From positions 72,356,001-72,420,000 of the forward strand of contig NC_086097.1 of NCBI RefSeq assembly GCF_963921235.1: a stretch of 64,000 nt of DNA. The letters run 5' to 3'. The position numbers and the translations under genes were made by a program. Below, one piece after another: positions 1-12,000 of this stretch (position 1 is the first letter of the stretch; every line of letters begins with the position of its first letter). The stretch comes from Mobula hypostoma. Its lineage: Eukaryota. The notes beneath the pieces were generated by a model that made no database searches, had not been told where the DNA came from, and saw only the letters and a list, made by a program, of their open reading frames with translations.

Positions 1-1779
1 TTGACACATCTATTCCAGCCTATTGTTAACTAATTTGGTTGCATTTAATGACTTCAGCGCCGTTATCTCAAAGCCACACTTTGATACTTGCAACAACATA
101 TTTTATATAGTATACAGTATGCTCAGTAAAAATTATTACAGAAGCTGACTAAAGACATCAAAGAGAATGAACACCTAATAAAACATGGATAATCTGCTGA
201 AAGATATACCAAATTTGAAGTCTAAAAAAGGTACGAGCTTGCATTTCAAAAGTGTATTCCATGACCTCAGGGTCTACTAAAACAATTCACAGCTGATTAA
301 ATACTTCGTATTTTTCACTGCACAAAACACAATAGCCATTCTTCTCATAAGAGTCTGAAACCCAGGGATCTAGACTCTGTGAAGTTAACTGAGGGATGAT
401 AATCAGGTTTGCATAAAATAGGAACTCATTTGCTTTACATTGAATTTTTTGCATCCAGCTGAGCCAACTTTGATACATAAACTACACCTGAGATGATTTA
501 GCACCTTTTCAGTACTACTTTGAAGTGTCAGTCTAACTTGTGTTCAATAGGAGCTAAACTGTGAAAATATTAATTTAGTTCATAACCATCCTGAAGCAAT
601 AGGAAATTTATTGTAAATAGAGTTAATGGTCAAGGACAATCAATACATTGTACATGTCCATGTATGTTAAGTGATCGAGGTGTTAGAGCTGTTCATTAAT
701 TTCTGGCAGAGTTCCTGTTTTCAAAGCTGACTAAAACCGTGTAGCTCAGAAGTTGCCAGCTTTATTGAATCAAAACACAATTGCTGATCCCTGACAACTC
801 CAAATATTTCTGAGTTCATAAACATGTGAATCTTCTGGAAGCAGGACCTGCATCCCACTGTTTAATTCTTTAGGCTTCCCTTAGCTGCATCTGTTCCTCG
901 TCCAACTTTGAGGACAAGAGAAACGGCCATCCATCCTCTGACTTTTGCAGCCACAAACATTTTATTTGCAAGCAACCTTCTGATGGAGAAAACAGTAAAA
1001 TAATCCAAGTGACTTAAAATAAAAAAGAAAGAAAACACTTTACAACTACTATATTTTAATGACACAGGAGAACACATTTTGAAAGCAGACCATGTCATCC
1101 TAGCAAATTCTAAGGTACAATTTATGTGATTACAAAGGTATTGGTACATTCCTTACCAGAAGACTGAAAATGTGACTTTAATTTACTTAAGTAACTTTTG
1201 CGATCCTTGCATAATTTATACAAGAATATTCTCTGAAAAATCCAGAGTAACTGGAAAACTGAGACAGCAGAATGGACAAAAGTTGGTAGGTGAAAGTAAT
1301 TTAAATTTCTCATTGATACAGCTATATTACTAACATTACTGATTTAATTTATTTGTACTAGTCATGTTAACCACCACAGTATACCATACCAATGACTTTC
1401 ACTAGATTTTCAGACCAATATATCTAACCTAAGGTCCTGGTATTCTTGCATCCTAAATGCAGATGTCAGACTAGGGTGCAAATGAAGTCTTTGTTGGTTG
1501 ACTGGAAACATATAGTTCTGTCAAGGAGCCGTAAATATTACAGATAGTTATTCCTCATTCAGTTGTCTTGATGCCTCCATAGAATAAATGCAGATTGGAT
1601 TTTGAAGTAATGTAACACAGATTCGAAGTATCAATATGGCAGAGATGGTAGCTATTTCGCCAGTTGAGTTTATGTCAGCTTTTGTTGTGCGATTCTCTTA
1701 GCTTCATTCCCCCATGCTAACCCCGTGGTTTTGCAAGTTCATTTCTGCCAAGTATCTATCCAAGACCCTTAAACTTCCA

Positions 1780-2290
1780 CAATGCGTGAAGGCAACAAGT
1801 TCCAGGTCAAATTCTCTCATTACATTGGATGTGCATCCACATAACCCCTGAACCCATCTCCTGAACCTATTACCTCAAGCTTTAAATCTATGTCTTTGAT
1901 CATAGAACATAGAACAGTACAGCACAATATTTCCTACTTTTAACCTACTCCAAGATCAATCTCACATTTCCTTCCCACATGCACAGTTGTCCTTTTACCA
2001 TCAGCTAAGGGAAACAGATTTTCTTGGTCTATCTTATGAAAATATGGTATTGTGCACAACTATTTTACATTTTCAATCAGCTTCCTTTAATCCAAGGAGA
2101 AAACTTCACAAGGCTTTCTTCAACCTTAACTTGTAGCTAAAATCTCTTGGAACCAGCCACCTTAATCCCCTCTTCAAGATCTTCAGAAACTTGCCGTTCT
2201 GTGATAACTGAGAACAATACTCTATTTGTGACTAAGCATTCACCATAACTCAGAAAAACTTCAAGATCCCACATGATACTCTATGCCCTC
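1780..2290 (-). mobile_element. Highly decayed CR1-type LINE 3' fragment(s)
   Basis: CATAGAACATAGAACAGTACAGCACA at ~1901 is the reverse complement of a LINE microsatellite tail. Neighbouring sequence resembles the minus-strand CR1 3' ends elsewhere in the window. Boundaries approximate. Confidence 0.4.
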
Positions 2291-2399
2291 AGTGATCTAT
2301 ACACATGCATTTCCAGTCTTTTGCCCTTGCACACTCTTCAGAACTGTGTCTTTAAGTCCAATTCCGTCTTCAGATCCCTTCTGCCATAATGATTCAAGA

Positions 2400-3240
2400 T
2401 TGCTTAATGTCATTCTCTGTACATGTGTAAGGAGAATGATATGGTTGTTATTCTGGATTCGATGCAACACAAAGCAAAGTACAAAAGATAAAGAGCACAA
2501 TAATAATAAAAACACAATAAATATAAATACATAAGATAGCTTATATACATAGATTATAAACCCGCAAGGTGATGCCAAGCTGTACATAAGGTGACCGACT
2601 GTAAATATTAAAGCAGTGGTGGAGCTAGGTGAGGTTTTGATCAGCCTCACTGCTTGGGGAAAGTAGCTGTTTTTGAGTCTGATGGGAGTGGGACAAACAG
2701 GCATTGAGTAGGGTGGGCGGGATGTTACTGGCCCTTTTCTGGGACTGTGCTGTATATACGACCTTGATGGTGGGTAGGCTGGTGCTAGTGATTCGTTCGG
2801 CACCTTTGACTACCCATTCCTGTCTGCAGCAGTGCAGTTTCTGTACTAAGCAGCGCTGCAGCCTGTTAGGATGCTCGGCACTGTGCATCTGTAAAATGCA
2901 CGAAGTCAGGCTCTCTTCAGCCTCTTCAGAAAGCAGAGGCATTGGTTGGCTTTCTTGACTGTGTAGGAGGTGTTCTGCGACCATGAAAGGTGTAGGTGAC
3001 GTGCACTTCTTGAAGTTTGAAACCACTTGCAGTTTCCACTGCTGTGCTATGGATGGGGGCGGGGGGGGGGGTGTTGTCTCCAACTTCTCTAACAAATACA
3101 ATCTGCCATTTGTCTGTCCATCCGTGCCAGGCATCTGATCTGTATCAAGAGCGTTTTGTGCTGGCCCTGCTCCCTGTGCTCTTGTCCCACAAGTTTTTAC
3201 TGGAGATCCACTTCTGTGTTGGACCCGCTTTGCCCTCAAC
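2400..3240 (-). mobile_element. Rex1/Babar-type LINE, decayed 3' fragment
   Basis: Frameshifted RT C-terminal remnants on the - strand (ORFs 2297..2803 and 2625..3281, e.g. RLKNSYFPQAVRL), the same family as the fragments at 35161-39470 and 49270-49785. Confidence 0.65.
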
Positions 3241-5721
3241 TGTTGAGTTTTCTGGGACTCTGAGAAATCAGTTTTAAACAATCAAGACTCACAACATTAG
3301 TATATTTAAACAGATGACTGTGTTTGCAGAGCAGGTTAGTTGTCCCCTTTACGCGTCGCCCCCGTTAAAACTGGAATTACACACTTTCAAAGACTGAATG
3401 TTGGCATACCAATCAAGATATGTGGCCAGGGCCGAATACTAGTGGTCAGCCTCTAAGGTACACGTTAAGCGTACAGTCAATGCGGTATACTAAAAATATC
3501 AAAATACGCCCCATCTTCATGACGAAAAAAAACATGATAGGTAAAATTCAGCGGGATGGGTATTTCAGAGTTGTAACGAGGCTTATTGATATAGACTACC
3601 GGCTAACATTGTAGCGGAGCCAGCGGTGATTAAAACCACATTCCGACCACAAATGTGCTGCAGAATCCCGAGCTGATTGTTGTTTGCACTAATTGTGAGT
3701 TCCTTTAGACCCCAGATTCAGCTGTGAACGGCACACCAATAAGCATCCCAGGTTGTGAGGATGACGACCAATAATACCAGAGTATTTCTCGCCCTCTAGA
3801 TTGTTTTCTACAAATTTTATTTTCAGGCTATTACTGGGATACCTAAAATACAAACTGCCTGTTTTTTCATGACAAACCCAGTCTGGGTTACCTGCGAAAA
3901 AATTTACGAAACTATTCCGTAAGTTTCGAGATATTTCACTTTCCGAAAAATGCCAGCATTTGGTTTAAGCATAACCGCTAGATATATAAAATATTTATGT
4001 AAAAGTCATGCAATAGCCTGCTTTTTCACATTGTTATTCATGCCTCGTACTGTTATTTATATTGTTTATAAATGTTTTGGTTTGTGGTTCCTACAGTCAA
4101 GCCGGAAACTTAATAATCAGATGAGAGTAGTAAAATGCGATGTAATGCAAAAGATCTTGAATTGGTGGATTTTGTTTTGAGATTAACTGTACTTTCATGG
4201 ATTTTAAAGGCCATTCAATTCCCCTTAAAACTTAATGGTGAACACAGCCATAAGATATTCAGGCAGAAAAGAGCGGGAATCGACTACTGTTTATCTCCAA
4301 TTTGTTCAGTTTTGTTTTGCAATTTACGTTGAAACTGATGTTATTAACTAAAATATTTCTAAATAATTTATAACAGTATATGGCAATACATTACATGGGT
4401 CAAATGCATTTATATAGAAACAAGCCAACGCACACTTTTACAGTGTTCACCAACTTTTAGTAAAGCGATCGAAATTGGGTGAACAACAACAAACAACTGG
4501 GTGATGTTACTATAATAAATAACGCCACCAACAACAACATATAGCTTATGTTATATACGAGCAAACGCTTTAGAAAACATTTGGGAGACTATTAAGGGTT
4601 CTGTACATTAACTTGGAGGTGTCTAATTAAATTGATTCACTTTTATATAAAAAGGCAAAACTGCAGTTTGTCAGCATTGCCTACCTTTTAGTATCTGATT
4701 TGCAAATAAATCATCCAATGGAAAACCCCTTCTTTCCATCCATTTTATCATAATTGTCTAAATCTCCCATTTTTACAGGACTCCTCATAATACATTTACA
4801 TAGACGTCAATCGCCTTCGTTGTCCGAGTCGCTACTCAGTTTTATTTGCAAAACTATTGCAATATTTATCATTTTTCAGCAGCGCAAGTGCACCTTTCTC
4901 TCAAATTATGCAAGATGTTAGATCAAACTGTATAACTGATGAGCATTTCTTTTGGTCTTCAAACCTGTTCGTTGCTTGATACTACTTGTTTCAGCGAACG
5001 ACCAAATAAACGAGAATTATCGATGATGTGCTATTTGGAATACTCAAACACTGAAGGTTCTTCTTTTTATTATTCTTGTGATCATAACAAGTTGCGTTTA
5101 TTAACACTGCGATTTCAGCTATTTCTGAGAACTGCAAATAACTAAACTGCTTTGCATTTGAGAGGGATGAAACAGCGAGCTGAATTAGGGAAGGAACGCG
5201 ATTAGAGCTTCGTGGTACCCCTCTCGCACCGCATCCTCCGGCACTACGGTTCACCCTGACTGGTATGCCAGACACGCGCTCCGGTACCCCCGGGAAGCGG
5301 GGCCCGTTACGCGCGCTCCAGCACGTAAAGAGGCTGGGCTGTGTCTTAGCACTGAGTGCACAGGAGAGGCAGGTGGCGGTCACTACCATAACATGAACAC
5401 CAGTCAGGGCTTATCTCTCTTTCTTTTCAACCAAATAAAAGCAATGAAATAGAGCCCGGCGAAGATTAGAAACACCGATGCAAGGATAAGGGGCTTTAAA
5501 TTGGGTGATACTATCTTGCTCTAGTATTTTGCGACTTGTGCGTACACACATCGCGAAAGGGAGAATTGATGCACCGTGCACAGTGACAGGCAACTCCCGT
5601 CGGCAGCGCTGCGCTCACGCGTGGGCGCGCACACATCGCGGCGCTCCGACTCCGGCGGCTCACCCCGCACCCGGCGGGGGCTGGGGGAAAGGTGGGTGTG
5701 GGAACGCCGACTGGCGATTCG

Positions 5722-5745
5722 ATTGGTCGGCCGGCGCTTGCCAAT
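5722..5745. promoter_or_regulatory. Pair of oppositely oriented CCAAT boxes (candidate NF-Y sites)
   Basis: ATTGG at 5722-5726 and CCAAT at 5741-5745 inside the CpG island, ~470 bp upstream of the ATG. Confidence 0.5.
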
Positions 5746-5923
5746 CAATGTCGCCGGGTAATTGAGCGTAGTGTTAGATTGCGTTCGCCATTGTGAGAGT
5801 GAGAGGCCGCGCGCGTATTCGCGCGGGAGCGAGGAGGTAGCTGCGTTTGCTTGAGCTGAGTGACCTCTGACCCTCTTCCCCCCCCTCCGCCTCCGCTGAA
5901 AGCGGGCAGCTGCAACGCTGACA

Positions 5924-5983
5924 ATGAGCGGAGCGGCACCGAGCGCGGCACTAGCAGCAGCTTTACCATTAGTATTAGACTAG
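5924..5983 (+). CDS. Candidate upstream ORF in the NOVA1 5' leader (MSGAAPSAALAAALPLVLD*)
   Basis: ATG at 5924 with A at -3, 19 codons, TAG at 5981-5983. It only applies if the TSS lies upstream of 5924, which the sequence alone cannot show. Confidence 0.4.
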   Translation: MSGAAPSAALAAALPLVLD

Positions 5984-5998
5984 GAGCCCCGTGCATTG

Positions 5999-6116
5999 CC
6001 ACATATCTCTTACACTCACTCACTCACTCACCCACCCACCCTCTTTGCCTCTCATTCACACCCTCCTTCCCTTCTCTCTCACTCCTCATCCCTTCCCTCC
6101 CTCACACTTCATCCAT
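5999..6116 (+). promoter_or_regulatory. Dense YCAY cluster in the presumed 5' UTR
   Basis: 14 YCAY tetramers counted in 118 nt, including (TCAC)4 at 6016-6031. YCAY clusters are the known NOVA binding motif. Confidence 0.55.
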
Positions 6117-6208
6117 TCCCCCCCTTTTCTTGTACCTTTACAAATATCTTCTATAATTACCTTCTCACCGTATTTTCTGCAGCCACACACACACACAAAC
6201 AAAACAAC

Positions 6209-6344
6209 ATGATGGCGGCAGCACCCATCCAGCAGAACGGGACCCACACGGGGGTTCCTATAGACTTGGATCCCCCCGACTCGAGAAAGCGGCCGCTCGA
6301 AGCGCCTCCTGAAGCTGGCAACACCAAGAGAACAAACACTGGCG
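6209..6344 (+). CDS. NOVA1: RNA-binding protein Nova-1, coding exon 1
   Basis: Translates as MMAAAPIQQNGTHTGVPIDLDPPDSRKRPLEAPPEAGNTKRTNTG plus 1 nt, recognisable as the NOVA1 N-terminus. 136 nt, followed by a GTGGGT donor at 6345. Confidence 0.97.
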
Positions 6345-7648
6345 GTGGGTATCTCCATTTATTCTCCTTCTGCGTCGCCCCCTCCCCCAAAAATCCCTTG
6401 GAAAAATGGCGTCTGTTTTGTTCGCAACATATTAAAATTGTAATTTTTGGGGAAAGAAGACATACCCTCGGTATTGATATCTTGCCTTTCATTCCTGGAT
6501 GACATGAATCAGTGGCAGAGCTCTGGTGGCCATGAACTGGCAAGAACTGCTACGATTTGGATTGTGGGCTGACTAGCGGTTTTAAAGGAGTCCACTTTCC
6601 ATCGTTTATTGCATATTAGCAGTAGGGCGCAAGTAGGGGAAAAGGGATTGCGTGGTTATTCGCCTTTTTGGGGGTTAGCGAGATGGTTGTGTATTTGCGA
6701 GTTGCAGACTCCGTAATGATTAACACCGTATAATTTAGTTGTAGGGGAAATTAGCTGTTTTGTTCCAAGAGTGCGAAGAATCTTGACGTGTGTGATGTTT
6801 CTTGGGCATACGTTCTCGTTATTTTTTGTGACTGACAGTGTTACCTGTGTAACAACGAAGTAGTTGGATAGAGCTGGCAGAGGCTTGAAATTAAGTGATA
6901 CTTAAAAGGATCTACTTTTACTTAAAGGATTTTACTTAAATGAGCTTAAAAGGATCACTGCTCTCTTAAGAAATCTGGGATTGTGCTGCCTCGTATCTGT
7001 GTTGTGGTAACATATCATTGTTGGGGATCAGATATAGAACCTGACTAAGTTCGGGAGAGAGGGATGCTAATCTTTCTTACACAGGGATGGTTCATTGATT
7101 CACGTGTTGTTGTTAATTATGTTCGTATCTTGTGTCTAAAAGTAAACAAACAATAAGAAATCATTAGGAGGGCTGCTGAAGAGCGTTAGCCGGTTACACT
7201 GCGTTTATTTATTTACAGTGTTGTATGTGGAGATATTTAACTGCGCTGCACGCAAACAGCGCGGTTTTATAGGTCAATTACAAATTCACAGTCACCATGG
7301 AAACCAGGACTGTCATCATCTTCTGATACATTATTCAAAATCCTTCTAAACATGGGTACGCAGAGACACTCTTTCTCCCTCTGCATCACAAAATGTCATT
7401 TATTTTTGTGACGTTTAACATTGAGTAACTATTTTTGAAATGTTCAGTAGTTGCAAATTTAATAAAATATATTATATAGACTAAAATATTTATTTCTCTA
7501 CTAAACGCGATCATTTTCTTCAAAATTACCAATATACTAATTTATGATTACTCCGTTTTGCACCGGAATCCAGGGCATAGATTTGGGGGAAATCTGTTTG
7601 CCCTTTTATCTCCGACTTTGCAATAATCTATTCGTTTTCCTTTTGCAG
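6345..7648 (+). other. NOVA1: NOVA1 intron 1 (phase 1, 1304 bp)
   Basis: GT...TTTTCCTTTTGCAG. Joining the exons restores the codon G|AA (Glu) in frame. Confidence 0.93.
7291..7304. promoter_or_regulatory. RFX X-box-like motif in intron 1
   Basis: GTCACCATGGAAAC is a near-palindromic match to the X-box GTTGCCATGGCAAC. Confidence 0.45.
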
Positions 7649-7792
7649 AAGACGGCCAGTATTTTTTAAAAGTCCTTATACCTAGCTATGCTGCCGGATC
7701 TATTATTGGAAAAGGAGGACAAACCATTGTCCAACTGCAAAAAGAGACTGGTGCAACGATCAAACTGTCCAAATCCAAAGATTTCTACCCAG
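7649..7792 (+). CDS. NOVA1: RNA-binding protein Nova-1, coding exon 2 (N-terminal part of KH1)
   Basis: Translates as (E)[47 protein letters not shown](G), with the KH GXXG loop. 144 nt, AG acceptor, GTAGGT donor at 7793. Confidence 0.97.
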
Positions 7793-8973
7793 GTAGGTGA
7801 AAGCGAGTTCAGAGATAATAATTGACAGCAGAGCAAAAGGTTCCCCCAAATCATCGGACGATGTAATAAGAACATTTAAAGCGTGTTGTTCGGGAAGTGT
7901 AAGTAAGGTATTTTGCCTTCAGTCTACACTGTCAATGAAATTCTGTTGTAGTCTTCTGGTATGACATTTGAAGTATGTGTATTTGGCTCTAGTTATTCAC
8001 CCATCCTCTTTAGCTGTTGAATTATGTTTCTGAATATGCCTATCCACCCTTCCCTGAAGATGGTTAAACGCGTGGGGGTGGGAGGGGGCAGGTGATAAAT
8101 CTGTGTCTTTATTGCATTTATCAAATACATGTCGCCCGTGCTAATCACCCCCCCCCCGTAATAATTATCAGAACTTAGCTATTGCACAGTTGTGCCTGAA
8201 AACAACTTTTGTTCTGGAAGAAATTGTAAAAAAAAAACTCTCTGAGCTTGTCTGATGATGATTATGACGAATAACATTGCCAACACTCTTAGGTTCTGGT
8301 TTGGTAAAGACTGGTGTTGGGTGTCCGATTTAGTTCTGTCATTCATTTGGCTTTGGGATTGTGGCTGAGGTGAAACGAGCTAAATTAGAAACCAGTGGCT
8401 TAATGACAAAATAAAAGATTACTGCTCTTCGTAAGCAAGCTGACTGAGAGTCCAGAGTTGCGTCCAATGGAATGAATGAATTCTGAGATCGAGATGGGAC
8501 AGCTGGTGTGACGCTGCAGTCGAGCAATTGGGGCATTTTATTTCTCGGTGACATTAACTGGGTGAGAGAACAGACACGTTTCACTAGACCCAATTCATGA
8601 ATGCTGTACAAACTACTTACCGTGTGGCTTTTCACCCTCGGTTGTTGTCAAATCGAGGCAGGCGCTCTATAATAAAATAATACCGGACTGCCGTCAAGTT
8701 GCAAGCGCCCATTCCTAAATAGAATGATTTTGACAACTGGAAACAGAGCTTCGTTCTGATTATATTATCTTATGCGATGTAGAAAGGTTTCAGGTTTATG
8801 CGATTTAATGTTTGAATTGCAAAGAATCGTTTTCTCTTCAGGCCCAGGGAGATCCATTTCATACCTACCATCACAAACGAGGCGAATACCACTTTGTGAT
8901 TGTGTTATGTTTGTGTGTTTGATTTCCACCTTTCTTTCAAGCTTCATGAACAGACCCCTGTTGCACCCCCCCC

Positions 8974-9001
8974 CACACACACACACACACACACCACACA
9001 C

Positions 9002-9054
<53 letters not shown>
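8974..9054. repeat. (CA)n microsatellite, interrupted
   Basis: About 80 bp of CA repeats with CCA interruptions. Confidence 0.97.
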
Positions 9055-9056
<2 letters not shown>

Positions 9057-12000
9057 TTGTGCCTGCTACATGCAAGCACGTGTGGTTGTGTTGGTATCAG
9101 TCTGAATAACCCAACTCAAGGTACGTGGTCTGTGATTCGGTATGCGTTTAAGTACCTTAAAGATGTTAGACTTTGTTGCTCAGCAATTATATCCCGCAGA
9201 TATGTTCTAATGGACTTGTCATGGAAAAGATGATTCCCCACCTCCATAACTGATCTCACATAAAAATAATACTCCTTTGAAAGATTCAAAATCTTCCATT
9301 TTTCTTTTATACTGAGCTAATTTCGGAATGCATTTCAATTACGTTGTAAATCTGGGAATTTTTCAGCGACGCTTGGCCCATTTCCTTACTAAGTGAAGAG
9401 TGTAAGCACTCTGCCAGCTCTCTTAATAATAAGTAGAATGTACGAATGTTTCACTATCACTCAGTAAGGCTGTCAGATTTATTTAAGGCGGTGTGAGGAT
9501 TCAAAAGGCACCCTTCTACGTGATCCACATCCTTTACGCTGTTGCACCCAAAAGATGTTTGTGGCAAAAGAGGGCAGACATAACCACGAAATACTTTACA
9601 TCTTACATTTGGCACAGGAATGACATTACAAAGTTAGTTTATTAACAAAATATAATGACTGGAATCACCCATAGCACTATGTCTAAACATTTTCTTATAT
9701 TTAACCAATGTAATATGCTTATGTTGACTGCCTTTTTGATTATTTATGCTGATCTGTGTTGCACTACATGAAATAATATTTCAAATCGTCATAATTTGAT
9801 CATTGACTTGTCAATTGTAACAGCATTGTGATTGCAGGAAGTGCATCATACCCAGTACAGCAATGCAGACTACTGAATAGCAGTGCCAAACTTTATTTGT
9901 TACCACAACACCAGGTTTCCCTTTTTTGTCACAACTAATGTACATTTAAAAGTTAAAATAAAAAAAATGTAATAAGCAAGCCTGTTGGGATTTATCCCTT
10001 CTGCACTTGATTGACAGTTAAAGCTTATACTAAAGGTGGATATCCACTTTTGCATTTACTGAGCTGTTCAGTATAATTACCAGTATTTATAGTGCTGCCA
10101 TTTGTTTTCCAGTATAAACTTTTAAAAATACTCTCGATGGAACTAATGCACTTAAGTTTTAACATAAGTTTTGGTCAATATCATCAATTAATCCGCTATG
10201 AATAGAGATAAAATGGCAATGTGGATTATTTAATGATCATGTTTTCTGTTTGCATGTAGTGTTGCTTTAGAATCTATTTTAGCCTGCATTAAATATGGTA
10301 TATGTAAATTCAGTGCATTGTTTAATAAACATATCACAATTGCCTGTTAATTGGTCATGAAGATGCTGTTTTTCTTTAAAGAAGCATATTTTTCATATTA
10401 CTCCTAGTCAAAGCACCTTAATGTTGTAGATGTTATTATGCAGTGGTATAAGATCAGTTGCGAAGTAAAAATATAGTTTAGAAAATTTGCCAATAACTGT
10501 ACCGCCGAATTCCATGATAATAGATATTTTACTGAATTGTTCGAATCAGAGTTTTTATACCATCCTGGTTGCAGCTATAATACGTTTTGAAAAAAATAGA
10601 ATGCAAAATTCAAAATGAACACAAGAAACAGAGGGGTGTACTTGATTAAGCTTTCGAAGCATTAATCTATAGGAACAAAAAGAAAATCGGCATTTCAACT
10701 CATTGGAAATACTGACTGAAACTGTAGTTATGGTTCAAATTAATGTGGAATCCTAAAAGATAGAAAGATGTTTCTGCACTACATGACAATAAACAATTAA
10801 AGTATGCTAACTGATGTATTGGAAAGTAACTGACTGCTCTGTATTTTACATTTAACATTCATAATATTTGTATGTTAATTTCAAGTTATTTTATTATTTT
10901 GTCAAATAACTGTTTATTAAAGGCAGTCTTCTTTCAAAAGAACTGCCAAATTTATTGCTGTTTGAGCTCCTCTGTGTGTAATGTTCTGAGTTGCTAAAAT
11001 GATACATTTTCTATTTCATAGTGATACATTACTTTTAACTAAAGTCGCCACTCTCTGTTAATTTTCTGATGTCTGCTGAAGCAGAAAATTGCAATCATAC
11101 CAATTTTGGGCAGAGCCACATCCTTTACTGCTTTATATCTCGTTTTTACTAATGCCATATGCATGTAGTGCTGAACTCTATTTGAGGATTGAAGACATTG
11201 ATTTCACTTTGTGAAGAACTTTCTAAAGTCTAATGATATAACTAATGCCCTATAGTTTTTAATAATTAAGTGAAATTTCAAAAATTTGAGCAGATATTAT
11301 GTTACAGACGGTACAGTTTAAGATATATCAAGTGCACCGCATGCTTAATATGTAATTGAAGTTCTAGATAATGTTATACTTTATCATTGGTGATAGGAAA
11401 GGGTGATGTGTTCCCAAAACTCTGAATTACTGCAGTAATGTCACATGTAGAATATAAAGCAGCTCCAGACATTTCATTGAACTTGGCCAGTAGCATGTGG
11501 TATGAAAGATAGTTTGTTCGAGGAAGAGCAAAAATGGTTGTGGAGATTTTTGATCTGTACAATCCCTTTCTTAAGATGATGCATGCTTTTGCCAGTCTAC
11601 TTGCCAATTATCCAGTAGAGCTGCCAGTGTCTTTGAATTACAGAAAGCTCTTGATGCTGCAGCCTTTTTTAGTGTTAAAAACCTCAGTAGAATCGGGATA
11701 GGGAGGTGACGTGTTGACATATAGTAGGTCACCAGCTGCACCCACTGACAATTCTTAACAGGACAGCTGCTGGTCATGTGATCTTTGTTGTTGGACTTAA
11801 ATGGTTACTTTCTTTTTGAACAAAGGATTTATCTGTGTCAAAGTTAAGAAATAAAGGACCAAGCACTGTTGGGATGAGGTAGAGAAAAGCAGGGATAGAA
11901 AAAACACATTCAAAAATATCAATGTGGCTGGGAATACTAATAGTTAGTCACATGCTTACTTGAAACATCCTCTATGACTTGTGGTAATTTTCAGAATCAA

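Larger units (their letters stand above)
5190..6400. promoter_or_regulatory. CpG island / NOVA1 promoter and first exon
   Basis: Sharp rise in GC and CpG density (e.g. GCGCTGCGCTCACGCGTGGGCGCGCAC, GGCCGCGCGCGTATTCGCGCGGG) immediately upstream of the NOVA1 start codon, against an AT-rich background. Confidence 0.85.

Noticed and set aside
5411..6023. Several overlapping ORFs on both strands in the CpG island
   Set aside because: These are expected in GC-rich, stop-poor DNA and show no recognisable domain.
5996..6502. 168-aa ORF containing the NOVA1 N-terminus
   Set aside because: It starts at a non-ATG codon in low-complexity leader sequence and reads through the exon 1 donor into intron 1. 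The real coding exon is 6209-6344.
8339..8635. Minus-strand ORF with LVKRVCSL, resembling NOVA1 exon 3 (TERVCL)
   Set aside because: It is on the wrong strand and has no further similarity, so it is coincidental.
8765..9233. His/Thr- and Cys/Val-rich ORFs
   Set aside because: They are translations of the (CA)n microsatellite.
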